Source of the DNA: Macrostomum lignano
Lineage: Eukaryota
Reading direction: 5' to 3'
NCBI GenBank assembly: GCA_002269645.1
Contig: NIVC01000334.1
Location: forward strand, 120,693 to 184,692
DNA: 64,000 nt
The position numbers and the translations under genes were made by a program. The notes under the pieces were generated by a model. The model saw only the letters and a program-made list of their open reading frames with translations. It had not been told where the DNA came from and made no database searches. This document shows positions 1 to 11,689 of this stretch, piece by piece. Positions within the stretch are counted from its first letter, which is position 1. Each line of letters begins with the position of its first letter.

Positions 1-1028
1 GACAGACTTTCCTCGGCGCATCTTGAGCTTGAGGGCACCCAGCTGGAAAGAGGATCCATTAGGGTACCGACTCGCCCAAGTGCTGGAAAGGCCGAGGACA
101 ATTGAGTTGCCCGTCTCCCCCCTGCGGACTCGGCGGTGATACACCAGTCCACTAGCAGGGAGGTCGGGGTTCAGACGCAGTAGGACCCGGCGGATAACGT
201 CTGGTCCAGCTGCGGTGCTCTTAGCAGGGACAAAAACCACATAGGGTATTGTCTTTAGACGCTGGCCTTAGCGAAGAAAAAGGTCAGCATCCAAGGAGAC
301 CGTCAGAAGCCGCTGGAGCAGCTGCTGAGCGTCCTCCTCACTGCTGGGAGCAATAAGAACGAATGTGCTTCGCAGCACCATCCGCTCAATGCCGATGGAG
401 ATTCCCTCCTCGACAGTCAGCTCAATCAGATAGGAGTCAACAGCACTCCACAATTTTTTAAGCTGACCAGTGGTCCAGTCCTGGTCGCGACCTTGAATGA
501 TCACTCCCGGGATTTTGGCCTTGGCCTTAGCTCCCGAAGGAACCTCCTTGTTGGCAGTGGCCATTTGTTGCGCCGTGGTTTCGGCCTCAGCAGCCGCAGC
601 AGCATCTCCAGGGAGCACCGCCGCTGAACTACTGGGGCTTCCACCGGCCGGCCCGTCTGGTTGCCTTGGGACGCCAGTCGCTTCAGCATCCATGGTGGAC
701 GCCGCCGCTTTGGCCCCCGCAGCTCCCTTCTTGGCCTGCCTTTTGGCACGTTGCTTAGCGCGTTTGCGCTCAAGCCGAGCCCGCTGAGCTTCGTCGGATC
801 TGCCAGATTTGGCCGGTCCTTTGGGCTCAGAGCTCGCGGTTCCCTTAGATCCACCAGCAGATGGTCGGATCTGCCTGCAGAGCCAGCCGGTCCTTCCTTT
901 GCCACAGATGAATCAGTCGGTTGGGATCTGCCAGCAGGGCCGGCCGGTCCTTCGGACAGAGGTTGGGGTTTAGAAGGGTCCCTGTCCTTAGAAATAAGGT
1001 TTTTATGCATAGTCGGCTCGAAGGCCAT
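1..1028 (-). mobile_element. Degenerate ORF1 (gag-like, DUF4780-like) of a non-LTR retrotransposon, probably R1/LOA-related; runs off the window start
   Basis: Hand translation: the frame of ORF 268..693 is open from 912 (basic stretch RARLERKRAKQRAKRQAKK). After one in-frame TAA (268-270) it stays open to position 1: ...YVVFVPAKSTAAGPDVIRRVLLRLNPDLPASGLVYHRR...SIVLGLSSTW...FQLGALKLKM. The L..LNP.L and VL.L...G.LK pattern resembles DUF4780-type ORF1 domains (recalled, not searched). The likely N-terminus (ATG 1028) is in another frame, implying a frameshift. Confidence 0.6.
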
Positions 1029-1544
1029 GATAAAGGTTGGTGGGCTACCCTCGAAGGGGCGCGGTACCCACCCGGCCGCTCCACCTGACCGGGCAGTAGG
1101 CCAAAAGAACCCTCAAGGCTGGCCCAACACCAGGAGGGGACCGCTTGCGACCGGACTACTCCCCGGCCTTCCAGCCCATCGGCACGGTCGAACACCTTAG
1201 GCATTAGAGGGTACGTTGAGCAGTACCACGGCCTGCGGACTGGCAGCCAGACCCGCATACCCAAGTTTGGCAAAAGCCACTGGATGGGTCCCCAGCGCCG
1301 GAGCCCAGTCTGTCCAGCAGCCCTAGGGTCTGCCTTGAACACACGCGGGGACGAGTACCCTGGGTCGACTTGCGAGACAGCGTGGGGGGGGGTCTGCGGC
1401 TGCCAGAGGCAAATAGAGGGTGCAGACCTCCCACCAGCCTTGACCTGCTGAAAATAGGGGCAGGCGTGAAGCATCGCAGACCTTAGCCCAAAGGCCTGGT
1501 CTGTCTCATACTTCACTGGCATGCTGAATACGCCTTCGCGCGCG

Positions 1545-1975
1545 CCCTATCCAACTCTCCCAAATTCCCTTTCCGATTCCCCATGCAACTCTCCCAAATT
1601 CCCTCCCCGATTCCCCATGCAACTCTCCCAAATTCCATTTTCGATTCCCTATCCTACGCTCCCGAATACCCTCCCCGATTCCCCATCCCTCCCGAATTCC
1701 CTCCCCAATTTCCCAACTCTCCTAAATTCCCTCCACAATTTCCGAACTCTCCCAAATTCCCTCCCCAATTTCCCAACTCTCCCTAATTCCTACATCGATT
1801 CCCCGTGCAACTCTCCCAAATACCGTCTCGATTTCCCACCCAACTCTCACAAATTCCCTCCCCGATTCCCCATGGTACTCTCCCAAATTCTCTCCCCAAC
1901 TTCCCCAACTCTCCCTAACTCCCTTCTGAATTCCCCAACTCTTCCTAATTCCCTCACCGATTCCCTGAATCCCAA
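1545..1975. repeat. Degenerate C-rich minisatellite (~33-bp unit, CCCCAACTCTCCCTAATTCCCT-like)
   Basis: Visible tandem periodicity; the LPNFPTLPNS repeats in ORF 1521..1985 are its translation. Confidence 0.85.
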
Positions 1976-1996
1976 GGTATTTTAAGTCCTCAACAG

Positions 1997-2277
1997 TAAC
2001 TCGGATGCGAATTGCAGAGGACGAACTAATCGAAGGCAGCTGCATCACCTGGTTTCACCTGGGCGGCATTCTGTCACTGGCCTACATCCTGTTGCTAATG
2101 CTGCTGCTGGTGATTCTGGAGACGGTCATCCAGCCAGAGACAGGCGACGAACGAGAGCGCAAGTTGGAAGCGGAAGTCGCCGAGGCCGAGGCCGAGGCGG
2201 AAGCGGCGGAAGCTGCGGAGGCTGCAGAAGCGGCATCGCAAGATGCGGCATCAACCACAGTGACTGAATTGAACTGA
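1997..2277 (+). CDS. Terminal coding exon of an unidentified membrane-protein gene (upstream exons outside the window)
   Basis: Acceptor CTCAACAG|TA at 1996/1997 (phase 1). Reads TRMRIAEDELIEGSCITWFHLGGILSLAYILLLMLLLVILETVIQPETGDERERKLEAEVAEAEAE...ELN*. One hydrophobic helix plus an acidic Glu/Ala tail; GC-rich codons followed by AT-rich sequence after the stop. Confidence 0.6.
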
Positions 2278-2814
2278 CCTGACTAATTACTTTATTTCAT
2301 AAAACTTTAAATTGCACGTTTACGCCAACTTTTAATTATAAATATCATAATTAATTGGTATCCCCACCCATATTTGATGTAAAAATGAAATATTGGCTGC
2401 ACTTTTGAAATCGGATAATCGGATATAAGTTTCATGCGATTCGTACACCCATGAAGGCACAGAGAGAGTGCATTCCTGATGATTAGACACCGTGTGAGCG
2501 TGTGTATGAGTGCGTGCCTTCATTTAACTTTAACTTTAACCTTCATTTGACTTTTGAACTCCCGTCTCAAGTTCACCGCAGCGATTCCAGTCACGCCAAC
2601 AAGGCCCGGGAATCTCCGCTGGACCAACAGCTGTCCTGTCCCCAGCTCTGCCCAGCTGGCCAAGCAAGGCACTCAAAAACTTCGCCGTGCTTTGCACCTT
2701 TGCTGTTTATTGGACAAAGTGCGGAGCCAGTGAGCAAGCGAGGGACTTTATCTGCACTGAAGTTGCTTGTCGCATATCCTGTACTTTTGTGTTTAAGGCC
2801 TGCAAATGTAATGA

Positions 2815-3198
2815 CAGAATGGATTACTAATCTAGCCTGCATCAGTGATGAAGGAATAGAATGGATTGCTAATCTAGCCTACATCAATCGAGGATAAAAT
2901 GGATTGCTAATCTAGCCTACATCAGTGAAGGAATAGAATGGATTGCTAATCTAGCCTACATCAGTGAAGGAATAGAATGGATTGCTAATCTAGCCTACAT
3001 CAGTGATGAAGGAATAGAATGGATTGCTAATCTAGCCTGCATCGGAGATGAAGGAATGGAATGGATTGCTAATCTAGCCTAAATCAGAGATGAAGGAATA
3101 GAATGGATTGCTAATCTAGCCTACATCAATGAAGGAATAGAATGGATTGCTAATCTAGCCTACATCAATGAAGGAATAGAATGGATTGCTAATCTAGC
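2815..3198 (+). repeat. 39/42-bp minisatellite (GAATGGATTGCTAATCTAGCCTACATCAGT[GAT]GAAGGAATA)n
   Basis: About 9-10 visible tandem units; the same family occurs inverted at 54440-55330. Confidence 0.95.
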
Positions 3199-3567
3199 AA
3201 ACAGAATGCTGCACAAGAGTTTTATTCGCATGCAAAGAAATGAAAGCAATTTGGGCAGATATTGGTTGCTGTGTGGAGCATCAAGCTCTCTGCTCGGCGT
3301 GAATGCAGTAAATAACGAGCGTATCTGTTAGAAAAAAAGCGGAAACACGTGCATTTTTTAAATTAGAGTATTAACTTTGCACGCTAGATAGAGAACGAGC
3401 TTATAGTAAGGAGACTGCGATAAGAATTCTCTCTGGCTATTTTGACTGAACCAGCCGCCTCATCTCAGCCTTCCTCAGAGTGCATTCTTTGCAACAATTG
3501 GTTTGCTGTTGACGAAAAAACACACAGCTCTCCGTCGAGTAATTAATAGGTTTTAGAGAGGCTGGTG

Positions 3568-3635
<68 letters not shown>

Positions 3636-3643
3636 ATGTGTGT
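3568..3643. repeat. (GT)n microsatellite
   Basis: Directly visible. Confidence 0.97.
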
Positions 3644-3799
3644 CTCAATACCGAACTGAGAGGGGCGGTGCTGCACACGTGCAGGGAGGCCCAGAACCAG
3701 CAGTCTAGAGCGGAGTGCCAGTCTTTGATCCTGGGATTGGCAAACTTTTTTACCGCGTGCTCAAGGGCCAGATAAAGAATCCAGTTCAGGATTTCGGTT

Positions 3800-4092
3800 C
3801 AAATAGGAGAAAGAAGGAGAGAGAATAGAGAAGAGAAAGGAGGGGATGAGAGATGGAATGACGATGAGAGAGAAGATACATGTAAGAAGAGAGGAGGGAA
3901 GAGAGAGGTCAGAGGATAGATATGAAGAGAGAAGAAAGGAGACAAGAGGGAGAGGAGAGAAGAGAGAGAAGAGGGAGGAGGGAGGAGAGAAGAGGGAGGA
4001 GGGAGGAGAGAAGAGGGAGGAGGGAGGAGAGATAGAGGAGAGGGGAGAAAGAAGGGGGAGAGAGAGAGAGAGAGGTAGAGAGAGAGAAGAGA
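3800..4092. repeat. GA-rich low-complexity tract (left flank of the Penelope-like insertion)
   Basis: Almost purely A/G, with GGAGAGAAGAGGGAGGAG repeats. Confidence 0.9.
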
Positions 4093-5015
4093 GGTCACGG
4101 CGTGTTTAAAAAAATCAAAAGACTTAATTAATTTAATATGGGCTACCGGTTTCGAGCCTCTGGGCTCTTCGTCAGGCCAAAAAATCTGTGTCATGCAATT
4201 CCAGTTGGTCTTTTAAGTATTATTTTTCTTAGTCTGATAGAATTGATGAGTAGCTGTACATATGAGGAATGTACATTTAAAACCCTGTTTTGCCTAGCTC
4301 TAACTTGTCCCAGAGGCTTTCCACCATTCATTTTAAACGACAGTATATTTGTTATAAAAAAATTGTTATTTCGAAGTACTATACGATATGCGATACTATA
4401 CGATTAGATGAAATGCCGGTATTGGGGGTAGGAGCATAAAAATCAATATTGAGCGTACAATTAAGCAGTTTGAATAAAATAAAATAAATGACACGTGAAT
4501 GAATATTGTACTTCAATAGGGTAAAAATAGCGCATTGGTTAAAATGATTAAATGTTTCCTGGCTGAGACTTGAACTTATTGGGAGCCAGGAGGCTCTGTA
4601 AGTTACGTTGCCGTGTAAAAGCGGGCAGTATGCGGGAGCCTGGTTTATTTTGTAGCTTATCAAAGTTTTTAGCAATCTCGTTGGCAAGCCAGACCGTAGA
4701 TGGGTGAAAAGGAAGGACCATTGGGATGGGTCGGAGAAGATGATTGTCGACCCTGATGTTCGTACCTGGCGGTTTGTCAGTCCCTAGTTTTTTAATCCAG
4801 ATTTCTTCCCTTAGTTCGATTTTGTTGTTATTAAGAACTAGTTCGATAGCAATGGAGACAAAGTTTGCAATCGAGTGATTGGGGGTGAGAAAGTGCTCTG
4901 ACCCCGAAGTTACGACTCTCCTGTTAATATTTGACCTGTGCTGGTTCATTCTATCTCTCATTGTTCTTCTAGTCATCCCTACATAGAAGATTTTCCCAGG
5001 GTGGCACTGGTAAGG
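4093..5015 (-). mobile_element. 5'-truncated Penelope-like retroelement (GIY-YIG endonuclease end, 3' UTR, hammerhead ribozyme)
   Basis: Minus-strand ORF part 4548-5015: CHPGKIFYVGMTRRTMRDRMNQHRSNI...EHFLTPNHS...REEIWIKKLGTDKPPGTN. This has the YxG motif, conserved Arg, H..H, Glu and G.N typical of PLE GIY-YIG domains. The first GIY strand is replaced by (CT)n. A hammerhead motif lies ~400 nt after the stop codon. Confidence 0.9.
4139..4180 (-). ncRNA. Minimal type I hammerhead ribozyme of the PLE class
   Basis: Minus strand reads TTGGC-CTGACGA-A-GAGCC-CAGA-GGCTC-GAAA-CCGG-TA-GCCCA. It has a CUGANGA core, a perfect 5-bp stem II (GAGCC/GGCTC), GAAA, a palindromic CCGG stem III, cleavage triplet GUA and a GGC/GCC stem I. 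Confidence 0.85.
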
Positions 5016-5250
<235 letters not shown>

Positions 5251-5659
5251 GGTTGAAGCAACAACCTATCGCTTTTAAAGGGACTGTTCAGTTAAAAGCC
5301 TTGTTAAATAAACGTTATATATATCTGCTAGTCGAAAATGCTAATCAGACTTACGAACTTAAGATACACCATAGTGAGAATTTTGCTTACAAAATATAAA
5401 ATAGACTTCAGAAGTATAAAATATCCTTATTTCATTGGTTTATCTGTGGACGTCAGACTGACCTGAGAACGTGTTCCCAGAAAAGTTTACACTAGCTAGC
5501 AGTGTTCCGTTGCGGCGCCCTCAAATGGTCTTTGGTGGACAACATGCATTTACAGTGTAATATCTATAGGCTATAGGAGTCATTTTTATTGCACTATCAA
5601 AAAAAGTAAACGAGTTTTCATAGATAAGAGAGCAAAGTACAATTCATGCTGCACGGGAG

Positions 5660-6466
5660 GCTAGCAGATTTCCTTTTAGCAGATTTCGGTTAGCAGATTT
5701 CCTTTTAGCAGATTTCGGTAGCAGATTTCCTTTTAGCAGATTTCGGTAGCAGATTTCGGTTAGCAGATTTCCTTTTAGCAGATTTCGGTAGCAGATTTCG
5801 GTTAGCAGATTTCCTTTAAGCAGATTTCGGTAGCAGATTTCGGTTAGCAGATTTCCTTTTAGCAGATTTCGGTTAGCAGATTTCCTTTTAGCAGATTTCG
5901 GTAGCAGATTTCGGTTAGCAGATTTCCTTTTAGCAGATTTCGGTAGCAGATTTCGGTTAGCAGATTTCCTTTTAGCAGATTTCGGTTAGCAGATTTCGGT
6001 TAGCAGATCTCGGTTAGCAGATCTCGGTTAGCAGATTTCGGTTAGCAAATCTCGGCTAGCAGATTTCGGTTAGCAGATTTCGGTTAGCAGATTTCCTTTT
6101 AGCAGATTTCGGTTAGCAAATCTCGGTTAGCAGATCTCGGTTAGCAGATTTCGGCAGCAGATTTCGGTTAGCAGATTTCGATTTGCAGATCTCGGATAGC
6201 AGATTTCAGTTAGCAGATTTCGATTAGCAGATCTCGGTTAGAGATTTCGGCTAGCAGATTTCAGTTAGCAGATTTCGATTAGCAGATTTCAGATAGCAGA
6301 TCTCGGTTAGCAGATTTCGGTTAGCAGATCTCGGTTAGCAGATTTCGGCTAGAGATTTCGGTTAGCAGATTTCGGTTAGCAGATTTCGGTTAGCAGATTT
6401 CAGATAGCAGATCTCGGTTAGCAGATTTCGGTTAGCAGATCTCGGTTAGCAGATTTCGGTTAGCAA
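5660..6466. repeat. 13-15-bp minisatellite (TAGCAGATTTCGGT)n with TAGCAGATTTCCTTT variants
   Basis: Visible tandem array of more than 50 units. Confidence 0.95.
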
Positions 6467-6822
6467 ACTTCATAGACCCGGAGTCGCCACTCCAGACTAC
6501 TCGTATGCTTGGTTGCGGGTTCTCCTTGACTCTCCTGAGTCAGCCAACCCCAAGCAGCCAAAGAGAGAAATGAATCTAGGGCGTAGGGGCAGAGAGAGAA
6601 GAAAGACAGAGGGGGGGCAAATAATAAAAGAGAACTGAGTGCCACCCCCCCCCCCCGACTGGCTTCTGCTAACAGCAGAAACAGAAAATATCGCACAACA
6701 CACACAGAGGATTTTATAAAAAGGAAACCCTTGAACAAGTGCCTGCAGAGTTCCAAAAAACAAACAACGACGATACGGGATCACATTTCAGCTTGTAATA
6801 TTATTAACTTCAATCGCATCAG

Positions 6823-6873
6823 CTGCTGCAGACAAGAGGCGACACGGCTTTCTGTACAATTCATGGATTCCAG
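6823..6873 (+). CDS. Probable short internal exon of the NHL-repeat gene
   Basis: CATCAG| ... CAG|GTAAGG; 51 nt, phase 0-0, LLQTRGDTAFCTIHGFQ, in frame with the next exon. The acceptor could instead be at 6832. Start codon not located. Confidence 0.45.
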
Positions 6874-7043
6874 GTAAGGAAGTCTCGCAGCAACCATCAG
6901 TTTGCTGGTTGCACTCTTAAAGAACGAATGCCCGACCTAATCTCCAGTCTCTATATATGCAGCCCTGTTCCATTCTTGAACTTTAAACTCAGAGGCCCTG
7001 CGTCCTGCGCAGTTATTTCTAACAACAGCCAGACTATTTTTAG

Positions 7044-7542
7044 CATCCACAAATGCTGACCAGCCAACTGCCTGGTTGGGAACCCAGCCCGCAGCTGTCG
7101 GAGGCCGCAGCGACAGCTGCCAGGTTGTTCGGCCCGCTGCGAGCCACCGTCGATCAGTGGGAGCGCCGGGTCGCTCAGAATCTGTTGACGGCCGCCAGCA
7201 GCAACAACAACAATGGCGGCAGCGACGTCGGCTGCAGCAGCGCCCGACTCGGCGAGCTGAGCGTCGGACTGCGACAGGTTCGCCGCCAGGTGGACCGGCG
7301 CATGGCGCAGCTGCTCCGCCCAGACTGTGAAGCCTGCCGGCTGGCCGTCGCTCTGGCCGATGACCGAAACGAACACGACGATGACAACGACGATGATGAC
7401 AAAGGGTTCGACAGCGGCGCGGCGCTGACCATCCGGTCGGCGGGCAGCATCGCCGAGCTGGGCGGCTGCGTCCGCTGGCTGGCCGTGGCCAGCGACACCT
7501 CCGGCTTCGGAGTGGACGGCAGCGGCAGGCTGGTTGCCAAAG
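7044..7542 (+). CDS. NHL-repeat gene exon (helical/coiled-coil-like region with a CxxC)
   Basis: TATTTTTAG|CAT acceptor (phase 0) and AAAG|GTGAG donor (phase 1). GC-rich ORF HPQMLTSQ...LRQVRRQVDRRMAQLLRPDCEAC...GRLVAK. Confidence 0.75.
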
Positions 7543-7574
7543 GTGAGAGGCCGAACGTTGTGATAGTCTGCAGC

Positions 7575-7975
7575 GTCCCGGGTTCGATTCCCAATGGAGC
7601 ATTAGTGTCGTCCCAGGTTCGATTCCCAATGGAGCATTACAGTGTCGTCCCGGGTTCGATTCCCAATAGAGCATTACAGTGTCGTCCCGGGTTCGATTCC
7701 CACAGCAGCAAAACAGTGTCGTCCCGGGTTCGATTCCCACAGCAGCATAACATTGTCGTCCCGGGTTCGATTCCCAAAAGCAGCAAAACAGTGTCGTCCC
7801 GGGTTCGATTCCCAATGGAGCATTACAGTGTCGTCCCGGGTTCGATTCCCAATGGAGCATTACAGTGTCGTCCCGGGTTCGATTCCTACAGCAGCATAAC
7901 ATTGTCGTCCCGGGTTCGATTCCCACAGCAGCATAACAGTGTCGTCCCGGGTTCGATTCCCACAGCAGCATAACA
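7575..7975 (+). repeat. 37-bp minisatellite, 11 units, each with a tRNA T-arm/B-box motif (CCCGGGTTCGATTCCC)
   Basis: Unit GTGTCGTCCCGGGTTCGATTCCCAATGGAGCATTACA and variants; GGTTCGATTCC matches the Pol III B-box consensus GGTTCGANNCC. Confidence 0.9.
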
Positions 7976-8138
7976 GTGCGTAAACCTCAACGATCATCCA
8001 ATGACTACTGAGTATAGTATTTCCGACACGAGGCAGTGAAGAGGCTCAGACTATGGTATTTCGTTAAAATTGGGATCCTGAGTGATTTTATTCTGCTGCA
8101 TTTTTGTATAAAGCAATGGTATTTGGAAAATCCTACAG

Positions 8139-8193
8139 GACGCAGGGTGAACACGCCTGACGATGACAAAGACGGGGCCGCTGTGCACCCCGT
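8139..8193 (+). CDS. Candidate 55-nt exon of the NHL-repeat gene
   Basis: CCTACAG|GA...CCCGT|GTGAGC. Phase 1 in, phase 2 out; encodes (G)RRVNTPDDDKDGAAVHP(V) and links the 7542 donor to the 12403 acceptor. Confidence 0.5.
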
Positions 8194-8204
8194 GTGAGCG
8201 TGTG

Positions 8205-11200
8205 CGGGGGAGAGTGAAATTGTGTGAGGGAGAGTGAAACTGTGTGAGGGAGAGGGAAACTGTGTGAGGGAGAGGGAAACTGTGTGAGGGAGAGGGAAAC
8301 TGTGTGAGGGAGAGGGAAACTGTGTAAGGGAGAGTGAAACTGTGAGAGGGAGAGTGAAACTGTGAAAGGGAGAGTAAAACTGTGAGAGGGAGTGTGAAAC
8401 TGGGTCAAGGAGAGTGATACACAGGATCAGAGGGAGTGACACACTAGATCAGAGGGAGTGACACACTGGATCAGAGGGAGTGACACACTGGATCAGAGGG
8501 AGGGACACACTGGATCAGAGGGAGTGACACACTGGATCAGAGAGAGTGACACACTGGATCAGAGAGAGTGACACACTGGATCAGAGGGAGTGACACACTG
8601 GATCAGAGGGAGTGACACACTGGATCAGAGGGAGTGACACACTGGATCAGAGGGAGTGACACACTGGATCAGAGGGAGTGACACACTGGATCAGAGGGAA
8701 TGACACACTGGATCAGAGGGAGTGACACACTGGATCAGAGGGAGGGACACACTGGATCAGAGGGAGTGACACACTGGATCAGAGAGAGTGACACACTGGA
8801 TCAGAGGGAGTGACACACTGGATCAGAGGGAGTGACACACTGGATCAGAGGGAGTGACACACTGGATCAGAGGGAATGACACACTGGATCAGAGGGAGTG
8901 ACACACTGGATCAGAGGGAGTGACACACTGGATCAGAGGGAGTGACACACTGGATAAGAGGGAGTGACACACTGGATCAGAGGGAGTGACACACTGGATC
9001 AGAGGGAGTGACACACTGGATCAGAGAGAGTGACACACTGGATCAGAGAGAGTGACACACTGGATCAGAGAGAGTGACACACTGGATCAGAGGGAATGAC
9101 ACACTGGATCAGAGGGAGTGACACACTGGATCAGAGGGAGTGACACACTGGATCAGAGGGAGTGACACACTGGATAAGAGGGAGTGACACACTGGATCAG
9201 AGGGAGTGACACACTGGATCAGAGGGAGTGACACACTGGATAAGAGGGAGTGACACACTGGATCAGAGGGAGTGACACACTGGATAAGAGGGAGTGACAC
9301 ACTGGATAAGAGGGAGTGACACACTGGATCAGAGGGAGTGACACACTGGATCAGAGGGAGTGACACACTGGATCAGAGGGAGTGACACACTGGATCAGAG
9401 AGAGTGACACACTGGATCAGAGGGAATGACACACTGGATCAGAGGGAGTGACACACTGGATCAGAGGGAGTGACACACTGGATCAGAGGGAGTGACACAC
9501 TGGATCAGAGAGAGTGACACACTGGATCAGAGGGAGTGACACACTGGATCAGAGGGAGTGACACACTGGATCAGAGGGAGTGACACACTGGATCAGAGAG
9601 AGTGACACACTGGATCAGAGGGAGTGACACACTGGATCAGAGAGAGTGACACACTGGATCAGAGAGAGTGACACACTGGATCAGAGGGAGTGACACACTG
9701 GATCAGAGGGAGTGACACACTGGATCAGAGGGAGTGACACACTGGATCAGAGGGAATGACACACTGGATCAGAGGGAGTGACACACTGGATAAGAGGGAG
9801 TGACACACTGGATCAGAGGGAGTGACACACTGGATCAGAGGGAGTGACACACTGGATCAGAGGGAGTGACACACTGGATCAGAGGGAGTGACACACTGGA
9901 TCAGAGGGAGTGACACACTGGATCAGAGGGAGTGACACACTGGATAAGAGGGAGTGACACACTGGATCAGAGGGAGTGACACACTGGATCAGAGGGAATG
10001 ACACACTGGATCAGAGAGAGTGACACACTGGATCAGAGGGAGTGACACACTGGATCAGAGAGAGTGACACACTGGATCAGAGGGAGTGACACACTGGATC
10101 AGAGGGAGTGACACACTGGATCAGAGGGAGTGACACACTGGATCAGAGAGAGTGACACACTGGATCAGAGAGAGTGACACACTGGATCAGAGGGAGTGAC
10201 ACACTGGATCAGAGGGAGTGACACACTGGATCAGAGGGAGTGACACACTGGATCAGAGAGAGTGACACACTGGATCAGAGGGAGTGACACACTGGATCAG
10301 AGGGAGTGACACACTGGATCAGAGAGAGTGACACACTAGATCAGAGAGAGTGACACACTGGATCAGAGGGAGTGACACACTGGATCAGAGAGAGTGACAC
10401 ACTGGATCAGAGGGAGTGACACACTGGATCAGAGGGAGTGACACACTGGATCAGAGGGAGGGACACACTGGATCAGAGAGAGTGACACACTAGATCAGAG
10501 GGAGTGACACACTGGATCAGAGGGAGTGACACACTGGATCAGAGGGAGTGACACACTGGATCAGAGGGAGTGACACACTGGATCAGAGGGAGTGACACAC
10601 TGGATCAGAGGGAGTGACACACTGGATCAGAGAGAGTGACACACTGGATCAGAGGGAATGACACACTGGATCAGAGGGAGTGACACACTGGATCAGAGGG
10701 AGTGACACACTGGATCAGAGAGAGTGACACACTGGATCAGAGGGAGTGACACACTGGATCAGAGGGAGTGACACGCTGGATCAGAGGGAGTGACACACTG
10801 GATCAGAGGGAGTGACACACTGGATCAGAGGGAGTGACACACTGGATAAGAGGGAGTGACACACTGGATCAGAGGGAGTGACACACTGGATCAGAGGGAA
10901 TGACACACTGGATCAGAGGGAGTGACACACTGGATAAGAGGGAGTGACACACTGGATCAGAGGGAGTGACACACTGGATCAGAGGGAATGACACACTGGA
11001 TCAGAGGGAGTGACACACTGGATCAGAGGGAGTGACATACTGGATCAGAGAGAGTGACACACTGGATCAGAGGGAGTGACACACTGGATCAGAGAGAGTG
11101 ACACACTGGATCAGAGAGAGTGACACATTGGATCAGAGGGAATGACACACTGGATCAGAGGGAGTGACACACTGGATCAGAGGGAATGACACACTGGATC

Positions 11201-11362
11201 AGAGGGAGTGACACACTGGATCAGAGGGAGTGACACACTGGATCAGAGGGAGTGACATACTGGATCAGAGAGAGTGACACACTGGATCAGAGGGAGTGAC
11301 ATACTGGATCAGAGAGAGTGACACACTGGATCAGAGAGAGTGACACACTGGATCAGAGGGAG
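8205..11362. repeat. 18-19-bp array (8205-8420) grading into a 22-bp satellite (AGAGGGAGTGACACACTGGATC)n, ~130 units
   Basis: Visible near-perfect tandem array of ~2.9 kb inside an intron. Confidence 0.98.
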
Positions 11363-11689
11363 GCAGGACAGCCAATTCTTTAATAAAAAACCGCATCTTA
11401 TGCCATTCTGCCTCGTACTTGGCAGACAATCTAGTCTAGTTTGGCATTTTAAATTCTGTCTAATTCAAAACGGCTCAGGTGACAGCCGCCTTAAGAACGC
11501 AAATTGGACAATTTAGCGACAGACAAGCACATTCATGCTTAAGAATAGAATTGCGGGACAAGAATGGAATCCATTAGCAGTGACCCCATGCCCAGCAAGG
11601 TTCTTTTGGCTTAAAATTTTTGAATATGTATGTCGCACAGGAAAAGTACCTTTCTATAAACAATTTTAACTGACTTCCTTATGCCTTTC

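Noticed and set aside
501-1522. Overlapping ORFs 497..787, 661..1200 and 845..1522
   Set aside because: Alternative-frame shadows of the GC-rich retroelement ORF1 and its 5' UTR.
8420-11362. Regular repeats suggesting a CRISPR array
   Set aside because: Units are head-to-tail with no unique spacers, there are no cas genes, and the context is eukaryotic. The same holds for every array in the window.
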